The notes under the pieces: generated by a model
What the model saw: the letters and a program-made list of their open reading frames with translations, nothing else
The model's database searches: none
Told to the model about the DNA's origin: nothing
DNA from: Tubulanus polymorphus
Taxonomy: Eukaryota > Animalia > Nemertea
Assembly: GCF_964204645.1 (NCBI RefSeq)
Contig: NC_134027.1
Location: 3,876,485-3,940,484, forward strand
Reading direction: 5' to 3'
Length of the DNA stretch: 64,000 nt
Program-made: the position numbers and the translations under genes
Shown here: positions 53,965 to 64,000 of the stretch, in pieces
Position numbering within the stretch: the stretch's first letter is position 1
Layout of the letters: the number at the start of each line of letters is the position of its first letter

Positions 53965-56627
53965 TCAAACCGATTCGGGTTGAATTAGTGAACATGCATT
54001 TTCATTCGTGTTACCAGCTGGACAGTAATGTTTCTTATGAGCTATGAAACTGGACACGTAAGTGAACGGAATTTCACATTCTTTACAGTAACGACCAGTT
54101 ATTTGATGTGAGAATGCTGCATGCGGCACGTGATCCACTGGTGGTGGATTAGCTGGACTCAAAGGTGCTTTCATATTGCCTAAAGATGGTGAAACACTTG
54201 AAGAACGAGATTTTGTCGTCTGACAATATTTAAAGCTGGATGGTTTATGCATTCTATCATCATCGTTTTTTAAACATTCGGCATTTTCTTGCTTTATGTT
54301 CGGTATTGTCACATTTCCGTCGATGCTATCGCCATCTATTGATATTTCGGGACTTTTAGTTTCCCTTTTTACGTCGGTTTCCGTGATCGGACAGTTTTCG
54401 GTATCGTTTCCCTGAACGGTGGTATTTGAGATGTCACCGACGGCTGATAGCTGACCTGTTGTATACCTACTGCCATCTTGTAAATTCAATTCTAAATTCG
54501 GATGTTTTTGACTCATGTGCTTGGAGAATTCTATTTGAGTGAACGCATCCGAAGGACAGAGATGACATTTGAACGCTTTTTCTTCCATATGTCGCTGCAT
54601 ATGACTTTCCAACTTAGCGTAATCGGCGAAGCCAGAGTTACATATGCCACAAACGAAAGGCGGTAGTTTTTCTGGTGTTGGCAGGTGCGGTTGCGGAGGT
54701 GATCGTTGGCGATCGTGGTCGATCGTTTCCAGGGCTCGGCGGTAACGAGATCGTCTACGTTTATAAGGTTCGTTCTTCAGACGAATTATTTCTGATTCTA
54801 GATCAGAATCGACGGCTATGTGAGTCGATGATGATACATCGTCTGTATCTTCCGACGTATCGAGTTTTAGTTCGATCATATCCATATCAGTGAACTCTTC
54901 ACCATTGTCAATATGCATTTTACCATGCATTCGCATACCTCGCACAGTATTACCGCGATATCCGCACAGTTTACACTTGTATCCTTTATTGCTGACGTGT
55001 TTCTTCACGTGGTCGCTATACGCACTTTCTTTGTGGGTTACAAAACTACAATGTGGGCATCTAAGCAAATTCCAGATACCGGTACCGTTTGCAGTTCGTG
55101 GACATAAGTGGACCTTGAGTAGTCGTGCAGTAGGATACTCCGTTGCGCAATGGGTGCATCTATAAACGGCTGAAGAACCCGCTGTATCTCCACCAGAGTC
55201 CGGGGACGGAGTTCCGTCGGTTGCATCACCATTACGGTCCTTCCCCCGATATGGGCAGTAGTATTTCTGATGAGCTTCTAGAGTACTTATCGAACTGAAA
55301 CGTATTTGACAAGGAGTGCAACCGAACTGTTGGTGAACAGGTGATGATGGCCCCGGTTCAGGGCTAGTCGGGTTGCACCGTTGTAGGGGTATATGCGAGC
55401 TGCTTGGTTCGTGAGAGAACTTAGATTTGTCAGCGTGGCATTCTGGGGATGGTAACGAAGGAATGTTGGCCTTGCTGGGTCTTCTACCGGAGCAGTAGTA
55501 TTGTTTATGAATGACATAATTCTCATGTTTGTAAAATACAATGTTACATTCAGCGCACATATTGAAATTTGAAAGACATCCCACTGCCGCCGAACTCTGA
55601 CCGATACCTACTAATTTTGGCGCTGTTAAATGCTGCATCAATGTGGGAACCTGAGACAGTAAAGTCGGCGAGATTGGAGAATTCATAACGGCGGTAGATG
55701 GCGGGGATTTTGTCATACCCGGTGATTTAGATTGATCCAGCGCATCAGTCGTGATATCAACACCATTCGGTGACGTAGGATCTAATTGTTCAGTTTTAAT
55801 CGTTATAGAGTCAACATTTTCAGACCGCGATCCTCTGTTCTCCGTCGATCGCTTTTCGGTTTCTTTCTTCATGCTCAAATCGAGTGGTTGTTCGGACGGT
55901 AAAACGCGCGATGGTCGTCCTACTGAGAGTAACTGCTGGTGAGCGGGATGCATCACCGGACCAGCGATCACCGGCTGCATGATGACGGTCGGTACGGTGA
56001 ACGCGACGCTTCCAGTGCCGTCCGGAGACACGATAGGAGCCGCGAATACGACCTGCTGGGCGCCATTTGCAGACGCCGACACGGTGTACGGAACGACGAT
56101 CTGACGAGGTGGTAGCTGCGGGACGGCACCGAGAGGGATCGAGCCGGGACTCGCAGACGCTGTATTCTTAACGGTCGGTTCTTTGTCAACGTTAATCTCT
56201 TCGCTTTCATCGTCTGATACGGAACCAGGCTCGACCACATCTAAAACCTTCACGTTTTGTCTCTTTCCGCAATAATATTCCTTGTGGCCGAGATACGTTT
56301 TCACCGAAGAGAAATGAATATTACAACGTTCGCAATACGAGTTCTTCTTAATTTCGTTACTAGGTGATGCCAATGATTCGGGAGACTTTGATATTTGAGT
56401 ATTTTCAGTTTTTGAAGGTGGTGTATGGGTATTAACGATGTGAATCCGTATTTTTGCCGGATCGTGAGACTTGAACGAACAATGCGAGCAGCGCAATTTC
56501 GGTGGACTATCAACCCTAGATTTCGCTAACGGGAGGCTATCTTCGCAATTACTAAAATCTGCCTTATCCTCGTCACTATCTCGTGACACCCGCGAACGCT
56601 TAACGCTATGGCAGCCATCTATCGTAT
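53965..56627 (-). CDS. ZFPM: Friend of GATA / U-shaped zinc-finger protein, terminal exon
   Basis: Acceptor ttgtag|AT at 56627 (phase 1), open to TGA at 53965. Four FOG-type CX2CX12HX4C fingers (ending KEYYC, KQYYC, QKYYC, KKHYC), several C2H2 fingers including the ush-like CKLCGYRGNTVRGMRMH, the CtBP motif PLDLS and a basic NLS-like KRRRSRYRR. Confidence 0.95.
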
Positions 56628-56716
56628 CTACAATTGATGATTAAACCAAATTTTTAGCTGTAGATTCAAACGAGATTAAGATGAAAATTCTTCTCATATT
56701 TCTGTTTTATACTTAC

Positions 56717-56887
56717 CGATATTCGATTCATCGGATTCGCGTTTAACAGGTTTAGTAGTAATCGGGGATACCGGTTCAGCAATGCCGCTTTCTGATCGTC
56801 TCTTCGAGCAGTAATACGCTGTGTGAGCGCTCAGAGTACTAGGACTGCTGAACCTTACACCACATTCACGACACACGAAAATCAACG
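56717..56887 (-). CDS. ZFPM: FOG/ush internal exon with the first CCHC finger
   Basis: tttcag|CG acceptor and G|GTAAGT donor, phases 1/1. Encodes FVCRECGVRFSSPSTLSAHTAYYCSKR. An 89-bp intron follows. Confidence 0.93.
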
Positions 56888-56965
56888 CTGAAATTTTTTT
56901 AGAATATTCTATAAAAACAAAACAGGAAAATGGAATTCGGAATATACTGGATGATGTCTACTTAC

Positions 56966-57238
56966 GATGTGACTTTGAGCTATGCAGCTTTGATTGAAAA
57001 CCAGGAACTGAACGTTGTCCAACAGTCGACTCTAGTTTCATCCCGTCTTGGACCATTTCGCTTGATAGTGACGTCACACCGGCATCCGCCGCTTCCGTCG
57101 ATGGTACTGATTGAGCAGTAACCTCACTTGGAGAAGCGTCTATATTTTCATCTGGTTCCTCGATGGCCAACTCGAATACGGCTACTAGTGAAGTATCTGG
57201 CGGTATTTCGCTCGTAATTTCACATGATATATTCCTAC
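56966..57238 (-). CDS. ZFPM: FOG/ush internal exon (end of PR-like domain plus linker)
   Basis: tttatcgtag|GT acceptor and C|GTAAGT donor, phases 1/1. Encodes GRNISCEITSEIPPDTSLVAVF...SKSH. A 78-bp intron follows. Confidence 0.88.
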
Positions 57239-58745
57239 CTACGATAAAAAGTATTCCAGATTATATACTGGGACCTGAGTGGAGTATAATCGTAAAATGT
57301 CCAAAAACCAGGAAATATGTATATCTAAGTCAACAGGTTTATGGGGTTTGCCAACATAAAAATACTTGAGCCAAGCATTTTGTTATCTTATCTTTTAAAG
57401 CTGGTACAAAGGGGCCCGCGTTACAGTTTCGCGGAGTGTTTGCAAATCAAATGGAATTGATGATAAAGGAGCATATATACAACGACAAGTTGTACGAGAT
57501 GAAAAGGAACTTTATTTGGTCAATAGTCTAATCTGACTCATCGATGGATTGAGAGGAAAAATGTGTGTTGTAGAACGCAGCACCAGGGGAGGTAGAGTCG
57601 TCTTCCGGGCTGAGACATGGGGACTCATCTCTGTTTTTTAGTTCATTGCACAGCAAGCGGTCACTATTTATCTCGGTGCTGGGGTCGTATTTTCACTAGC
57701 TCCGCCAAACTGATGATAGATCACGATCAGGAAGTTTTAGATAACAAACCGCAAACTATCATTAAACGGGTCTGGAATCCATTTCCGATACTGTAATAAT
57801 TATGTTCCCATATAAGCCTTCGTATGTTTATTCGAACATCGGAAGTTCGAAAACCTAATTCGGAGATCGTGTAAAAGGTCTTTCCCTGAGACATGTATAC
57901 ATCATCGATCTTAACGACCAAAGCCTTGCTTGTGACCACGAGTCCAATTTGTAGCATAGATACGAGTATTAATAAATCTGACTTTGATTTCCTAAAACGT
58001 TGATGGTTAATTAGTATCGTAGTGATTCTATGATGACTAGCTCGTGCAGTTATTCTCGTAATTTACATTTTTGCGATGATAGCGTTATCAATTATGCGCA
58101 ATTTCAAATTGAATCAATTCCAGATCACATTTCTAATCGGTAACGAATGTTCACGTACAACATATCGCTGGCTTCCGAAAAAAATGAGATAAAACATAAA
58201 CTATTTTATCGCGTTTGGATCGAATGTTGTCTTTGCTTATCGCTGTATGTCATCGCAACGTACTACCATCCATCTCAGGAAACAGAAGTTTGGATAGTAA
58301 AAAAAGGTATCAATGTTTACCGAGCCTACACGACGCCGAAATAGTACATCAAATTCGATGCGTGTCAGAGATATTGGAATATATGAATATCGTTATTATT
58401 CTGTCGTTTGGAAATACGCCTTTGCATTAACCATAAAAGTGCACAATCGGTTATCATATCTTTGAAAGAAAATTTAGAAAATTTTTAACGTTCAAGGTTC
58501 AACAATTTATTTGACGAACTGTCGTTCTTTGTCTGGATTAATTCAAACATTGTCCTAACCGCAATATGAATACGTGTGACCGATCACAGAAATATTCATG
58601 AAAGTACAAACTACGCCTCTACACCTAAACAACCTAAACCTTTCTGACACGTCAAGTTCGATCAATCCGTTCTTTCTTATTTTTAATCTCATCTTTTTAC
58701 GGTAATGAATGGAAAAACCTTGAGAGTATGTATATAACACGTTAC

Positions 58746-58866
58746 CTGTGAAGCGTATTAAAGAGTTCGAGTCATCTTCTTCCTTAACTCCTGATTTTCG
58801 GACGAGTTTAAGCCAAGCCCCGCTCTCAGATGCGACCAGTAAACCTTTACCAATACCGTCTGAGAC
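58746..58866 (-). CDS. ZFPM: FOG/ush internal exon (PR-like domain middle)
   Basis: tgtttgcag|GTC acceptor (phase 0) and ACAG|GTAACG donor (phase 1). Encodes ...SGAWLKLVR..., which resembles the PR-domain W(L/M)xxVR motif. Confidence 0.85.
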
Positions 58867-61384
58867 CTGCAAACACAATTGACAGAGACGCGATTCGGTT
58901 TATTTGTCGTGGACGTTTTTATTCTGAATATACAATGTAACCGCAAGATATGTTGACTTGACGCGGTTCTAAAGTTCGAATTTTTTTCGGATCAGGGCAG
59001 ATCTCTGATTGTCGAAGATAGCATACATTTTTGAGGGATAAGATTTGGTTTTTGACCTCATCTGAAGACGTTGTCCAACCGACGATTGACTCGAGACAAT
59101 AATGTCTTCTTTCGGCTGTTTTCGACTAGAGTCCAAAGTATCGGGAGCCTGTCGACTAAAGTCTAGCGGATATCCAATAATAGTAAGATAAAATATATAT
59201 TAAGTAAATTAAGTTCTAGCGATAACGTCAAAGATCATTATCGTCCGGTGAAGATCATCGAGATAGGACCAGTATCAACAATCCAAATTTCACGAATCAT
59301 TTTTAATATCAATATCAAGGACGATAAGTCCATGTTCAAAGTCATGTATACTAACTTCAAGTGAATCACCGTGAATACTGCCCCGTTGACCCTTTATAAT
59401 ACATTAGCATGCGAAAAATAGCATTTAACACACATCCCATAGAATGATGAAGAGCAAATGGATTAACATAGATTTATCAAACTTTAAAACACAAAGAATA
59501 TTTCATTTTTATTTTTTATTCTCTAAGACACTGTCTCACCACCCACATTGTACACAATTATTCATAGAGAAGATAAGTTAATTCGAAATTGTCAATGATA
59601 TTGTAAACATTGACGAAGTAGATATATTTCCTTAACTTGATTTATGTCTATTGTTTATTCATAAGACATCTGCAATCAATGATTCATGTTCCCAATATGA
59701 CAAAATTAATTGAAATTCGAAAATAGAAAGTTTCATGGGCAGGGAAATCTCAGAATCAGTATCACTTATCAGTATCACTACCTTGTTCATATTTTTCATT
59801 TTTCATGACTTTATTTTTTTCAAACAAAAAATTAAGATTAAGAATGGAATTGATGATAATTTCAAGTAGTAATCAACCTTTTTTGTAATGATAGAATTGT
59901 GAAAAAACTTACGTAAGTGAATCGAACAATAACCAACCTAGCTAAATTCAAGAATTTACACTCATCGGAAAAAGTCATGTATCCAAAGAATGAGTTTTCG
60001 TGTTAATCAGACTTCGATCTTTGAAATGAGCGGTTACGTGGTTTTTTATCGACATCAGACCTCTTTTGAAAGAAAGGCCGCGTGGAGACAACACACGTGC
60101 AGCACGCATTCGCGTCGTGTACACGAATGATAACGTATATCTTATCAATTCCAATCTTATCGTCAGACAACATTTCGATAAAGAATCTCAAATAACAGTG
60201 TCAATATTCCAAATTTGAATAAGACCCGGTTATTATTTGCCTTTCGCCGAAAGCGCCGTCTATCTTATCATTGATCAAGACACTTTGGAGTTTTGTTCCT
60301 TGGTTTTGAAGGAGTTCGCAAAGATAACATTGGTGTATATAGTTCGGTCAGTGCCACATCGTAGTGACTGATCGACATTCAAAAATGTTGATAAGAATCT
60401 ACTTTTTCAAGGAATATCGGTTAAAATCTGTTGTTAGTGCCCCGAATATCAACCAATAATTCCATCGTAATGTATTCGAGTCGAGGACGCGAAGGAATTA
60501 TAGGAATGTTACAACACATCTTGGAATGATTTTGAAACATTCGACTGAAGACACTCCCATTATTCTATTATTCAGAAGTCAGAAGCTAGGTTCGCACCTA
60601 CCGCGCACGTAAAAAATACAAAGCAAATACTTCATCGTATTAGAGTTCCGTTAAAGTTCCGTAATCAGTTAGTCGATATCAAAAGACAAGTAATTCCTGT
60701 AACAAAAGTTGCAAAACCCGACATCTGCAATACCAAAATTCATTCTTTCAAATTTTTCCAAGTGATATCATCGATTTCATTAATTAGTGATAGTAACAAC
60801 ATGAACAAAAGTGACTCCATGTGTTTCAAGTTACGGTCGACTCTCATTCAACGGTGAGAAATCGTGTTATAGATAAAGAAACGAGTAAAACCCAAAAATA
60901 ACCTCAGAGAACGTTATTCAACTTACCTATAACGAGCCTAATTTCTCGCTTACTCCCAACTCACAGATTCTAAATAATCACTGTTAACATCTATACTACC
61001 TATAAACCAATCTCATTTTGGTGGCTAACTTATCTTATCTCACACTCTTTGATATGAACACAAGAGCCAGGTGGTGTTTCTATACATGATAGAGAATCGG
61101 TGATCAAAACTCACCGATTAAACTCAGCTTCAATTTTAAAAGATTAAGTATCTCATTCATCATACAAGTTCCCTTTATCTTTCACCAAAAACTAAGAATG
61201 ATAACACGAGCAAGAAGAAATTTCAATCGATTTTTATCATAATCTGACAGAGACTGGCTTCGCTAAAGATCGTTATCCTTCCAATTGAAATAGTGAAATA
61301 TAGTCTACTAACAATCTACTTCACGGGTGTTTTGTCTGTAGATTTTCAAGCATTTCTAAATACAATGTGTTATTTCAAGATTAC

Positions 61385-61587
61385 CTGAATTAAATTTTCG
61401 ACGCTGTTATCGCTTGTCTCAGAGGCTGCGTAGGGACCAAATATTTTTCCAGGCGATAAGGTGGTTCCGGCCTTCGTGTAACATTCCGGTTCGGCGTCCT
61501 GGTCGCATTCCGTTGGTTGTAAGGACAAATGTTCAACGGGAAGATGTAAAGCCTTGGCCAGTTCATCCATTACATCTTCATCGAACA
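61385..61587 (-). CDS. ZFPM: FOG/ush internal exon (PR-like domain start); upstream exon(s) outside the window
   Basis: ctttcttccag|TG acceptor and CAG|GTAATC donor (phase 0, matching the next exon). Encodes LSPGKIFGPY, the PR/SET GxxFGPY motif. Confidence 0.85.
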
Positions 61588-62119
61588 CTGGAAGAAAGTT
61601 CAATAAGGTTACACACATCTTTGCACTGAATACGTCAAATGTAGGAAAGCCTTTACCGCCCGTTTACAAGCGAGAACCATTTCAGCATGGTACCAAAATT
61701 CGATGAAATTGTACATATGTGTTTTATGTGGGTGTGTATCACGTTAAAAACATCACTGAATCGTATCTAATCTCTTTCACCTTATCAAACATAAAATTAT
61801 AGTTGTACTATCGGCTTAATTACCATATTTACGCGATAGTGTATAAAAAAGCAAATCAATTAGCGATTATAACAGTGGTGATTTTTACCACGAAAATACA
61901 GATAAAACGTCGCATTTATCAACTTCAGATACGAAGCTGAATGGCATTATTCACTGAATTGTTCAAATAAACCGTTAAAGACTGGTAAATACGCTTTTTT
62001 CATGAATTCATTCAGAATGTGTTGGACTCAAAATACTAACGCAGTATCTCTGATACTTCTTTGCCATGGTTTGTCATGGTGTTGTTCTATTATTGAGTAG
62101 AATATTTCAACCGGTGCGC

Positions 62120-62555
62120 GCCATTATCATACAACCGTATAGAGATAGCTTGTGACTTATTTCAAATATTCCTGTGATAAAGGTTTACCCGTTATCGGCA
62201 TGCGCCATAGCAATAGGTCCTTTTATCAAACTGCCTCCGAAGATAAGCGCCGCAGATACCGAGACTTTTCAATCAGCTCTTATCAGTTATCCCAGGCTAC
62301 ATTGGTGCTTTGGTTGTGTTATCAGTATAGATAAGAACCCTAGACGAACTGATCCTTATCAGTTACTTCAGACGAGAACATCTCTCTGTGTGTTAGCCTT
62401 TAGTTTAGATAGCTAGCTTCAAAAATTGACTTAATCCAGATATAAGTTGCGCGGAGATGTGTGTAAATTCAAGTATACAACGAGGTCTTGATAACTCAAT
62501 AAATAATGCTCTCGTTTATATGGAAGATCCGGAAAATCGGACTTATCAGATAGTT
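62120..62555. promoter_or_regulatory. Dense WGATAR cluster; candidate GATA-responsive intronic enhancer of the FOG gene
   Basis: 13 WGATAR/YTATCW matches counted by hand in about 430 bp, against roughly 1.5-2 expected from base composition. Function is inferred. Confidence 0.6.
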
Positions 62556-64000
62556 GGTGCGGGCCTTTTCGCGTGGTTATGAATATGGTTTCATTCACTG
62601 CAACTTTGTTTATGGGGAATTGATGTATAGTAGAATATGATATAGATATAGATAATATAGATTTATAGTAAGTTAGATGATTATGATTAACGCGACGCGT
62701 GCGCTGGGGCCAGTCATCAAACAGGCAAGTATAGATTGCGCACACAAAAAAAACCTGCTGAAGAGAGAGTCCTGAAAACATGTCATTTTTGTGTGTCAAT
62801 TTCGGTTCATATATATCTAAAAACGTGAATAGTTCGTTTAGTTAATTTCAAATAACCACTTGCAAAAGCAACACATGAGTATGAATAAATAAATGAACAA
62901 TGAATGCGCGTACGCCAAAGCGCGTTAGCCGTAGATGACCAGTGAAACGGATGAATCCGTGGTCATTTTTCAAGATAAAGAGAAGAGAGGCGTTTTTATC
63001 ACGCCAGTTGTCTAATGGAACTGTTTGATGTCTGCACTTTGATCATATAGAGGATACTTTCTTATCTACTGCTACATGGATGGATATTTTCTCGTTTGGT
63101 ATGACGATAATTCTCCCTTGATCGTTATGGGGCTTCTGTCGCCCGTTATCAGTCGTCTTGGCGAGGGCCAAGCTTGTCATGTATCGACGCTTATCAAACA
63201 TCTTATGCCAACACGAAGGGACATATGCCTTGCTAGTTGAAAGGAAAGGAAGCCGGTAACATTCAGTTCTCCCTCCGTTCCAGCTTAATCACCCCCTCGT
63301 GTGCTCACGAAATGCGACGGCGAACTGACAGACTTGTTGAACCGAGAATTGACACCGAATGTCACAATATATAGAAAAGTTTTTGAAAACTTTTCTGAAA
63401 ACTTTTCTATTGACGAGTCATAAAACGACATTTTTTCGTAGGGTTCTGAGAAAAGCGTGTTTGTAAGCATATCGAGATAAGATAAAACCAACGGATAGGA
63501 AGGGCGGCGGCATCGGAAGCGCGCGATGCTGTAAATAATATTGACTGCAACCACATAAGAATTTTTAGAAAAATATAACATTCTGTCATTGAATTTGTCT
63601 ATAAATAATAGATATGATATTTCAAATTGTTTATGGAGCCGTAGCAGATGTGTTATCGCACGGCCATCTTGGAATCTTGTTCAGCTATGAGCTTTTCGAA
63701 TAGACGTATCGGCTAGACATTCTGGGAGCCAATCTGTGGTGGTAGATCTGATAAGATACTTCGTAAGTTTACTTATTACACAACCTAAAGCTGGAAACAC
63801 GCACCATATCAACTCGTCTGCGACAATTCTTTTCAGTGGCATTTTTAAAAAAAGTGTTTGCAACAAGCCATAACTAAACAGCAAAGGCATGACAGCTACT
63901 GGTTGAGCCAGTTCCAAAAGGGTAAAGCGCTTGAATATTCGACATGTATGAGTATGGCGAGCTTGTTACATTCAGGACATTATACATCCCTTTCTAATGA

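Noticed and set aside
53965-56589. 874-aa ORF as a stand-alone gene starting at GTG
   Set aside because: The frame continues to a splice acceptor at 56627, so it is the last exon of a multi-exon gene.
59062-59100. CTGAAGA plus hairpin, a possible hammerhead
   Set aside because: No GAAA follows the stem.
61588-64000. Search for the FOG first exon (MSRRKQ)
   Set aside because: The minus-strand ATG-TCN starts checked here do not give this motif; the exon is presumably beyond the window.

Overview
This is animal (invertebrate) nuclear DNA. It is AT-rich with GT-AG spliced genes, and CpG is not visibly depleted. A lophotrochozoan source is plausible but cannot be proven from this window. Two host genes lie in tandem on the minus strand. 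The first is a Friend-of-GATA/U-shaped (ZFPM) gene: five in-phase exons at 53965-61587 encode a PR/SET-like domain, about 11 zinc fingers (5 FOG-type CCHC) and a PLDLS motif, and its first exon lies beyond the window. The second, about 31 kb downstream, is the large first coding exon (TM1-TM5) of a thyrotropin-releasing-hormone-receptor-like GPCR at 22222-23142; its TM6-7 exon was not found in the remaining 22 kb. Between them sits a complete, very young BEL/Pao LTR retrotransposon at 44511-51001, with identical 277-bp LTRs, a 5-bp TSD, a tRNA-His PBS and an intact 1798-aa ORF. Smaller items are a 197-bp TSD-flanked insertion carrying a minimal hammerhead-ribozyme motif (Penelope/retrozyme type), a piggyBac-type MITE with three internal palindromes, a Harbinger-like MITE, a Helentron-like end and microsatellites. 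The most interesting signals are the FOG-TRHR neighbourhood (apparently mirrored by mouse Zfpm1-Trhr2), the hammerhead element, a dense GATA-site cluster inside the GATA-cofactor gene, and non-canonical catalytic motifs in an apparently just-transposed retroelement. Most short ORFs in the track are noise.
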